In this document: positions 8,962 through 15,178 of the stretch, piece by piece
How positions within the stretch are numbered: the stretch's first letter is position 1
Layout: the number at the start of each line of letters is the position of its first letter
DNA from: Thermofilum adornatum
Lineage (GTDB): Archaea; Thermoproteota; Thermoprotei; Thermofilales; Thermofilaceae
Direction of reading: 5' to 3'
Assembly (NCBI RefSeq): GCF_000446015.1
Contig: NC_022093.1
Location: forward strand, 840,001-872,000
Length of the DNA stretch: 32,000 nt
Notes under the pieces: model-generated
Seen by the model: only the letters and a program-made list of their open reading frames with translations
Database searches by the model: none
What the model was told of the DNA's origin: nothing
Position numbers and translations under genes: made by a program

Positions 8962-10491
8962 ATGGAGAGGGGGAATTGGGTACGGTTGGCTGTGGTCTTG
9001 TTTTTGGCTTTGCTTTGTGTGGCTGTGGCTTCTGTTGCATATATAAGTGTGTCGACTGTTAGGGAGGAAATATCTCGGGGGCTTGTTGTCTATTATAGGC
9101 CTAGTCTCCCGTTTACCTCTCCATATATGTTTGTAGGCTTCGTGAATGAGTCTGGACGCGGGCTGGACGTCTGTGTCAATGTTTATGGATTGATGCCTAA
9201 CGGCAGCGTGGGTTTTCTCGGCTATACTTGTGGCAGGGGCGGTGTAAGCCTGGACTATGGCTCCGTTAAGAGCTATGCCTCGTTGTGGCGGCGCGCGCTG
9301 GCGGCCAGGGGCAACAACCCGGACAACGTTGAGCCAGGCCTTATACTGCTGGGCACAGCCCTCGACTCGGAGGCCGCATACCCATTCATAAAAGGCATAC
9401 CCGTAGACACGGGCCTAGTACAGAGGGGCTACACAGTCACCACAGAGATAAAGCTAAACACGAGGAACATGCCGAAAATATCCAAAACACAGATACAGCA
9501 AATAGTAACGCAGGCAAAGCAAAATACAGCGAGCGAGCAGGGTTCTACCGTAGCTACACAGCAATGGCCTCCAGGCGGTATTACTGATTACTGTTGGAGT
9601 TTTTCTGATGGAAGCAGGGGATGTTTCGAGTGGAGACTAGACAAGGTTATATATTCTTCGACAAACAGAGGGATACCCCTCGCAATGGCATACGTTACAG
9701 GAAACCTCGCAAAGCTGGGAAGTGTTTTCTTAAAGGAGAAAGTTGTTGCCCAAACCAGCATTGGCTTATATGTGAACTTTGCTGCTGGCGCAGAGCTAGA
9801 AGTAAAAAGTGGCGCGACAATTTCACACGTCTTTAGTAGCGACGTCTATACCTTCACCCTTGGGGGCAATAATGTATATCTAGACTATTCTAATCTTATT
9901 TATCCTGAGCAGTTTAGCAATTTACCATTTATAACTGCTATTGGTTTCTGGGGCAACTATAGTATAAGCAGGTACAAGGAATACTACTGTATTTATTACT
10001 TATTTTTCGCTCAATGCTATCCTACAGGCAATAATGCCACAATGGCGCTTGCTGTTCCAGTGCTAAGCAACAATAAGATGCTTAGCTGGAGCTATACAGA
10101 TACATACCCATATGACGGATTCGGCTTAGACCCAGTCTTTAACGTGGTAGCCAATAGTTGGACTCCCACCGGCTATAGGACAAGTACGTCTTATCTAGAT
10201 TTTGACTCCTACGACATAGTGCGTGAGACAGGGGGCATAGACCTTCTCTCGGCATCCATACCATTATTAGTACAAGCCCCTGTTTCAACCAGTATTTCAG
10301 CCTCAGTAGGCCTCTCCACTCAGACAAGCTCTTTTACGATGACTGATGTTTTATTACAACTGAAGTACCAATATACCGATGGTAGCACTACGCTAAACGG
10401 CTACTACTACAAGACGCCTGTCAAGTACGAGTGGAATAACAACTACTACTATATACCTGCAAGCTATGTACGTGCGACGGTAGGTCCCTAA
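8962..10491 (+). CDS. secreted / cell-surface protein of unknown family (N-terminal signal-anchor, Tyr/Asn/Ser/Thr-rich)
   Basis: The N-terminus is MERGNWVRLAVVLFLALLCVAVASVAYISV, with no further TM helix. N-glycosylation sequons are NES, NGS, NYS and NAT, and the protein ends in the Tyr-rich NGYYYKTPVKYEWNNNYYYIPASY. An (AT)7 run at 8925-8938 is a likely TATA box. Confidence 0.7.
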   Translation: MERGNWVRLAVVLFLALLCVAVASVAYISVSTVREEISRGLVVYYRPSLPFTSPYMFVGFVNESGRGLDVCVNVYGLMPNGSVGFLGYTCGRGGVSLDYGSVKSYASLWRRALAARGNNPDNVEPGLILLGTALDSEAAYPFIKGIPVDTGLVQRGYTVTTEIKLNTRNMPKISKTQIQQIVTQAKQNTASEQGSTVATQQWPPGGITDYCWSFSDGSRGCFEWRLDKVIYSSTNRGIPLAMAYVTGNLAKLGSVFLKEKVVAQTSIGLYVNFAAGAELEVKSGATISHVFSSDVYTFTLGGNNVYLDYSNLIYPEQFSNLPFITAIGFWGNYSISRYKEYYCIYYLFFAQCYPTGNNATMALAVPVLSNNKMLSWSYTDTYPYDGFGLDPVFNVVANSWTPTGYRTSTSYLDFDSYDIVRETGGIDLLSASIPLLVQAPVSTSISASVGLSTQTSSFTMTDVLLQLKYQYTDGSTTLNGYYYKTPVKYEWNNNYYYIPASYVRATVGP

Positions 10492-10766
10492 AGAGGCTAA
10501 AGAAGAAATACACAGTAAATGAGACTTTTTCTAAATCTGCTGGCTCAACAAAATAGAAGATAAATCTTCCTGGAATATTAAATTTCTAAGCGGAGTCTAG
10601 AAGAGATAGAGGCTGTGAGATCATTTAATCTTCCAAAAATGTTTCTAAACATGAATGTCTGCAGATGGCTTAGCTGGATCATAAGCACAGCAACAATACC
10701 GCTCCAGGAATGTTGCGGCAACCGTGAACCTCGGAAAAGTGTGCAACAGCTAAACAAAACACAAAA

Positions 10767-10958
10767 TGGTGGGGCCGCCGGGATTTGAACCCGGGACCTT
10801 GCCGCACGGGCACAAGCCCGTGAACCAGCGCTCCAGTGCCGTTTACGGGGTACACCCCCAGGCTGGCATCCTTCCAAGCTAGACTACGGCCATCTTTACA
10901 GGGTTTTCGGTACCCCTGCTCCAAAGGCCTTTGCGCCTCTTGATTGCGCAACGGCCCC
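10767..10958 (-). tRNA. intron-rich tRNA, most likely tRNA-Pro (GGG), 192 nt locus giving a 77-nt mature tRNA with encoded CCA
   Basis: The contiguous 3' part ends AGGTC CCGGG TTCAAAT CCCGG CGGCCCC A CCA. The matching 5' acceptor strand GGGGCCG(T) sits at 10951-10958, 65 nt upstream of the D-arm (AGTCTAGCTTGGAAGGATG). Removing three segments restores a canonical cloverleaf: ~10886-10950 (junction ambiguous by 6 nt because GGCCGT is duplicated), 10831-10855 (25 nt after G37), and 10800-10824 (25 nt in the variable region, containing the hairpin CACGGGC-TTGT-GCCCGTG). That cloverleaf is GGGGCCG TA GTCT AGCTTGGAA GGAT G CCAGC CTGGGGC GCTGG AGGTC CCGGG TTCAAAT CCCGG CGGCCCC A CCA. A promoter block sits at the expected distance from 10958. 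Confidence 0.75.
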
Positions 10959-10975
10959 GAAAAGAATGAAACCTG

Positions 10976-12274
10976 TCAAGATATTAAATTTTTTGTGGGG
11001 AGGGGTGGGTTTTCCGCGAGCTCGAGTAGCCTGCGTAGGAGTGGGGTCTTTGGCTGTATGTTGTGTTTTTGTGCCAGCTCTTTGAGTGCTGGTCGTAGCT
11101 CTGGATAGAGTTGGGCGGCTCTAGCTATGTTTGTTCCGTTGAGCTGTACGACGTAATAATTTTTCCCCGTTTTTGGGTCGTACCAAGTGTATGTTTTTGC
11201 TTGGACACCTTGTTGTAGTAATGCTTGTATTAGTCTTTGTGCTTCTTCCAAGCTTTTTAGCACTGTGCGCGCCAATAGTTGCTGTGCTCTTGCGGAGTAA
11301 CTTAGCCAGAAGGTGTGGCCTAGAAGGGTTGCATAGACAGGGTCTCTTGTTGGTTGAAGTTTCTTTAGTATTTGCCACTTTTCGCTGTCTAGCAAGTCTA
11401 GCAATATACCATAGTTTGTCTGGTATGCGACTTGCAGGATTTGCTGTGCTAGGTGTTTCGGCTCGTATTTTTCATCGTTTTGAATCGCAAATCTAAGTAC
11501 TTCAGGATGTTTCTCGCCGTCTCCTAAATACCACGTCAACATGCCTAAGGGATGTTGCTCTGCTATCTTTTGTGCCAGTTTTTTGCCCTCACGCTTGGGC
11601 CATTGTTGATTCCAGCTTTTGCTTGTTATGGTCCAAGCGAAGGTTGGCTCAGTCATGTTTAGGTTTAATGCACTGAGATATATCCGTAGATAGCCGTAGC
11701 GCACGGCTGCCCATGCAAGTGCTTGCCATGGCTGTGTCGTCCCCATCCGGGGTTTGTTCTGGTCGCAACTTTCATCGCTAGCCCTCCATCCTGCCTGTAG
11801 ATAGTAGAGGTCTTGGTCGGACACGTTGAGTATGTCTGGGAACTCGGCGTCGGCGCTTACCCTGTAGATTGGTAGGCTTATTAGCCATGTTTCTCGGAAA
11901 TGTGCACTGACGTACCATTTTTCCCCTTCCGGCGTGATGTGTAGTGTCTTTTTGGCACGTGGTCCCAGCTCGACTTTGACGTTATTGCTTTCTAGGGCTG
12001 TCAATAGTTTCTGTAGCTTTGTTTCTGTTTGCTGGTATGCCTTGTCCAGCAGGTTGACGGCTTTCTCAGCAAAGTCTCGCAATGTGTCTGCCTTGTCTAG
12101 TGGGAGGTCTAATACGTCAATTATAGCCTCTGTCGACACGTAGAAGTACTTTTTCTGCCCGTCTACTAGGCTAGGTAGTTCCCTGTTTGCCAGCTGTGCT
12201 CTGGTGTATAGTTCTGCTAGTAGGTCGGTGGGGCCCGTCCGCCAGCCCTCGGGGCTAGCCGTCCCCATGTCCAT
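10976..12274 (-). CDS. hypothetical cytoplasmic protein, 432 aa, Q/W/L-rich, no family recognised
   Basis: This is a long uninterrupted ORF. A Shine-Dalgarno-like GGGGTGAGAGG ends 3 nt before the ATG at 12274. There is no hydrophobic helix. The composition (many Q, W, A, L; few K/E/I runs) differs from the housekeeping proteins in the window. Confidence 0.75.
   Translation of the reverse strand: MDMGTASPEGWRTGPTDLLAELYTRAQLANRELPSLVDGQKKYFYVSTEAIIDVLDLPLDKADTLRDFAEKAVNLLDKAYQQTETKLQKLLTALESNNVKVELGPRAKKTLHITPEGEKWYVSAHFRETWLISLPIYRVSADAEFPDILNVSDQDLYYLQAGWRASDESCDQNKPRMGTTQPWQALAWAAVRYGYLRIYLSALNLNMTEPTFAWTITSKSWNQQWPKREGKKLAQKIAEQHPLGMLTWYLGDGEKHPEVLRFAIQNDEKYEPKHLAQQILQVAYQTNYGILLDLLDSEKWQILKKLQPTRDPVYATLLGHTFWLSYSARAQQLLARTVLKSLEEAQRLIQALLQQGVQAKTYTWYDPKTGKNYYVVQLNGTNIARAAQLYPELRPALKELAQKHNIQPKTPLLRRLLELAENPPLPTKNLIS
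10981..11000 (-). promoter_or_regulatory. BRE/TATA promoter of the intron-rich tRNA, embedded in the last codons of the upstream CDS
   Basis: The minus strand reads CCCCACAAAAAATTTAATAT, with the TATA part 23-30 nt upstream of 10958. It overlaps codons ...KNLIS-stop of the 432-aa ORF. The core TTAAATTTTTTG is shared with the tRNA-Arg promoter. Confidence 0.5.
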
Positions 12275-13022
12275 AGCCTCTCACCCCGGATCCTTGGTTC
12301 CGGGGGCGCCCTGTTAGGGCGCGGAGGCATGGAGACGGCTAGGTCCCAGGGGCCGGCGGTACAGGCTATCCTTTGGGCATTGGGGGAGGCAGTGAAGAGT
12401 TGTGTATAAGCGTAGAATCCGTGGATTCACATGTGTCGTGGATCCTTTGTTAAGTGATGTATGGTTGTGTGGTTCATGGTCATCAGTGGCTGTTGTTGGC
12501 TGGCCCCTTTTCCCGCTCCCCCTAGCCGCGGCCCAGGCCTTCACATTTCCAGCCCAAGCCGCGACCCTCATCGCCCAAAGACCTGCCTCACAGCTCTGCA
12601 AAGCCCTAGGGCCTCGCACCACCCCCTCTTAGGGGGCGCCACCCGTCTAGGGTGGGGGATGGATTCGGGAAAGAGCGGGAGAAAGGGAACGAAAAAAAGA
12701 CTTGTTTTTCTGGCAGACGGGCACGCAGTCTATAGGCTACTCGGCCCTCTGCGGGTCCCACCCTTCCTCACCCTCCCTCCGTGACCTATGTCTGGGCTCA
12801 TCGTCATCGATCGGTCACGGAGTTCATCATAGTATAATGTAATGGGGTCGTTAAAAAACATTACTATGCTAGCGGAAAATACATAAATGTCGTTTATCTT
12901 TGAAACGTAAAGTCATCAAATTTTTTCGTTGAATTGTATAAACGAAACTTAGTCTGAAAACAGCGAAGCCTTGTAGATGGGAGAACCCTTTATGGGCATG
13001 CCAATAGTTAAGGCTAGTTAAG
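12275..13022 (-). other. ORF-poor, G+C-rich, hairpin-dense spacer (candidate long structured 5' leader or ncRNA; strand inferred)
   Basis: Only short Pro/Ala/Gly/Arg-rich shadow ORFs occur in any frame. Perfect hairpins lie at 12286-12303, 12306-12322, 12622-12636 and 12639-12655. An 11-bp helix at 12528-12562 has three G:U pairs on the minus-strand reading, which are C:A mismatches on the plus strand. Palindromes lie at 12415-12428 and 12603-12612. GGGGGCGCC is repeated at 12302 and 12632. Confidence 0.35.
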
Positions 13023-13175
13023 TCACGTTTCATGGAGAACTAGGTGACCCCTTCTACTGCTTTTTTTCACAGCACAACTGTTAGCATGACGTACGCGATG
13101 TTGAGCTGTGGGGGCTAGTGTACCTGTATATGGGTGTTGCGGAAGTCTTATGGGTGCGCGCCTAGTTTGCTTCAT
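13023..13175 (-). pseudogene. orphan 50-codon ORF behind the second copy of the junction cassette (probable gene remnant or non-coding transcript start)
   Basis: ATG AAG CAA ACT AGG (MKQTR) matches the first five codons of the 185-aa gene in all but one synonymous base. The continuation RAPIRLPQHPYTGTLAPTAQHRVRHANSCAVKKSSRRGHLVLHET-stop has no signal peptide and no similarity to that gene. Confidence 0.3.
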
Positions 13176-13220
13176 TAACCATGGTTAGGAGGGGATCCAT
13201 AGATAATTAACTCGCCTAGC
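13161..13220 (-). repeat. junction cassette copy B (stop context + TATA + ATG + 5 codons)
   Basis: An ungapped hand alignment with 13759-13818 gives 48 of 60 identical positions. The minus strand reads GCTAGGCGAGTTAATTATCTATGGATCCCCTCCTAACCATGGTTAATGAAGCAAACTAGG. Confidence 0.8.
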
Positions 13221-13773
13221 AGCCGCCCCCCACTGTAGCATAGCCACTGGTGAGGGCTGGATTGGCCGAGCCGCTGGCCGATATGCTGAACTCTACGCGT
13301 ACCTTGGCCGGGTAGTCGCCGCTACTGGGCAACGTCCAACTGTAATATTTGCGATACTCGACATCTTTGGTTGGCACATAGACCTGGAAATTAGAGGGGG
13401 CCTCTGAATAAGTGCTACCCGTCACGGTGTCGAGTACTCGCCAGGCGCCGAGGCCGGTGGAGGGGTTGATGTAGAGCACCTTGACCGTGATGGTGTAGTC
13501 CACGTTATCTATATACACTGAGATAGAGCCGTTCGCTTTCCAAGCCGGGGCGCCGGTTGCAGGCGCGACCTTGGCCTCGATGACGGCGCCGTAGCCGCCG
13601 TCGAGCTCGCCGCCGTCGCTTTTGCTGGCGCTAATGGAAAAATACCAGCCATTTTGTGAGGAGTAAACAGGTTGGTATTGTTCTGCTGTAAACGGCCAGG
13701 CCACGACTGCTCGCTGAGCAACCAGAAAGAGGAGTAGGAGTAGGAGGACTGCTAGGAGCCTGGTTTGCTTCAT
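13216..13773 (-). CDS. secreted beta-rich protein, 185 aa, unknown family
   Basis: The start is re-set to M29 of the track ORF (ATG at 13773), which yields a classic signal peptide MKQTRLLAVLLLLLLFLVAQRAVVA. A TATA-like ATAATTATTTAT lies ~27-38 nt upstream. The mature part is rich in G/S/T/A/V/Y, carries the motif FSISAS near both ends, and ends in GGGC. Confidence 0.75.
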   Translation of the reverse strand: MKQTRLLAVLLLLLLFLVAQRAVVAWPFTAEQYQPVYSSQNGWYFSISASKSDGGELDGGYGAVIEAKVAPATGAPAWKANGSISVYIDNVDYTITVKVLYINPSTGLGAWRVLDTVTGSTYSEAPSNFQVYVPTKDVEYRKYYSWTLPSSGDYPAKVRVEFSISASGSANPALTSGYATVGGGC

Positions 13774-13818
13774 CGGTGATGGTTGGGAGCGGGGCCATAA
13801 ATAATTATCTCGCCTAGC
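13759..13818 (-). repeat. junction cassette copy A (stop of 476-aa gene + promoter + start of 185-aa gene)
   Basis: The minus strand reads GCTAGGCGAGATAATTATTTATGGCCCCGCTCCCAACCATCACCGATGAAGCAAACCAGG. See copy B. Confidence 0.8.
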
Positions 13819-15178
13819 CTTCGACCTCCACCTGGATACGGACAATGGAGCCGTCACCGCTCACTACGATGAGGCGGCCCAGGTACTGCTGGTTTCCCTG
13901 GCCATAGTTCCATGGGCCCTGTGAGTAGTCTTGGCTGGGCGCAATCTTAGCGTCGCAGTAGTAGGAGAGGACGCGGGCAGAGGGCGGGTTCCTGACTACC
14001 TCGAACTCCGCGGTGAGTTTGGTGCATGCCCCGCGCTGGGCGCCGACACTTGCATAAACCCCGTCGTATATATTGCCGTCTTTGTTGTATGGGAACATTA
14101 TTACAGCGCCTAGACTAAAGCTGGCCTCTACCCTGACCCTTGCCTTGATCCAGTTTGGTGGCAGGATGATGTTGACGGTGTAGACATAGTATTTGTCGGG
14201 CTCGGCGACTATCGTGTTGCCCTCCACGTAGGCCTTGCCGTAGAGCGGGGTGACATATGTGTCTTTTCCGAGGCTGTAGTAGGGGTGGTAGTAGACCCTG
14301 ATGGTCTTCTCTGCCTCCTCGACGTGTATTGGTGTATGATCCGTGGCGAAGGTGACCCAGGTGAGCACGCCCCTTATATAGTCCTGTGCCTGGAACTCTG
14401 GGCTCCCCCACGCGAACGTGTCGTTGACCTTGATGAATGGGGGCGCCTGGATGGTCACAGTGAAGGGCCTAGCCCTCTGGATCTTGGCTGGCAGCGTGAC
14501 TTCTTGGCCGTCCACGAGGACCTTGACGCCGGGCGCGTTCGTCTCGATGAGGAGGACGTGGGTCTCGACCTTGTATACCGCGACGACGCTTAGGTTGCCC
14601 TGGACGCGGAGCTTCGTCTCCGTCCCTGGCATGGGGCTATCATTAATAATGAATCCGGACGGCGTGAAGCTGTGGGTCTCATTCGACCCGGGGAGCAGTG
14701 CCAGCCTGACTGTTGTGCCACAGGGAACCTCTGCCTCGAAGGGTAGCTTTGCGACGCTACCGTTCACTGCTAGGAGGCCCCAGCTAGCGTTGGACACAAC
14801 AGAAAGCCTGTAGCTGAACCGCTTGTATACCGCTTTGATAGTGGTGTTGCCTTTTATGGTTAGGCTCAGCATTTCACCCTCGAGCCTCGTGCCGTTCACG
14901 AGCCAGTGGTCAAAGACGTGGCACTCTCCAGGCTTGGCTTCTAGCTTGAGCGTGAACGGCCCAGTGGAGCTCCATGTAGCAGTCTCTGTGCCGTTTACTA
15001 TGACTCTTCCACCCTGGCCCGCCTCAATCCTTGCCGTAAACAGCGAGGGCTTTGGCTGTGAAAAGTTCTGTGCTAGCTGTGCCAGGCCCGGCAACTTGGG
15101 CTGGAGCACAAAGAAAAAGAGCGCCGATGCCAGAGCTCCAACGATTACTAGTGTAGCTAGAAGGATTTTCCACTGCAT
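13814..15178 (-). CDS. secreted / membrane-anchored glycoprotein with tandem ~75-aa beta repeats (InlB-B-repeat-like pattern); start at 15178 or 15244
   Basis: The signal-anchor is MQWKILLATLVIVGALASALFFFVL. Two clear repeats both end in AVYK (aa 69-141 and 143-225 of the track ORF), followed by a partial third. There are at least 10 N-x-S/T sequons (NFS, NGT, NGT, NTT, NAS, NGS, NET, NDS, NLS, NDT). Confidence 0.8.
   Translation of the reverse strand: MQWKILLATLVIVGALASALFFFVLQPKLPGLAQLAQNFSQPKPSLFTARIEAGQGGRVIVNGTETATWSSTGPFTLKLEAKPGECHVFDHWLVNGTRLEGEMLSLTIKGNTTIKAVYKRFSYRLSVVSNASWGLLAVNGSVAKLPFEAEVPCGTTVRLALLPGSNETHSFTPSGFIINDSPMPGTETKLRVQGNLSVVAVYKVETHVLLIETNAPGVKVLVDGQEVTLPAKIQRARPFTVTIQAPPFIKVNDTFAWGSPEFQAQDYIRGVLTWVTFATDHTPIHVEEAEKTIRVYYHPYYSLGKDTYVTPLYGKAYVEGNTIVAEPDKYYVYTVNIILPPNWIKARVRVEASFSLGAVIMFPYNKDGNIYDGVYASVGAQRGACTKLTAEFEVVRNPPSARVLSYYCDAKIAPSQDYSQGPWNYGQGNQQYLGRLIVVSGDGSIVRIQVEVEG

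Noticed and set aside
10825-10866. Alternative reading of the intron-rich tRNA as tRNA-Ser (GGA)
   Set aside because: Splicing inside the duplicated CTGG would give the anticodon loop CTGGAGC. However, the acceptor stem GGGGCCG with discriminator A73 and a normal 4-bp D-stem fit Pro rather than Ser. The 30-nt segment between the anticodon and T stems is also too long for a class II variable arm, so it must contain an intron anyway.
10578-10951. Two minus-strand ORFs (99 and 90 aa) over the tRNA locus
   Set aside because: They overlap the tRNA exons and introns and translate to Arg/Pro/Ala-rich nonsense. The tRNA structure explains the region.
12314-12784. Three overlapping ORFs (102, 76 and 107 aa) inside the G+C-rich spacer
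   Set aside because: They overlap each other on both strands and are Pro/Ala/Gly/Arg/Ser-rich with no start context or motifs. This is the typical pattern of random ORFs in G+C-rich non-coding or structured DNA.
12275-12830. Possibility that the structured G+C-rich region is SRP (7S) RNA or RNase P RNA
   Set aside because: On both strands I looked for the helix-8 SRP signature (CCAGGCCCGGAAGGGAGCA-like) and the RNase P CR-I/P4 signature (GAGGAAAGTCC). Neither was found. This was a manual search only, so an Rfam scan is still needed.
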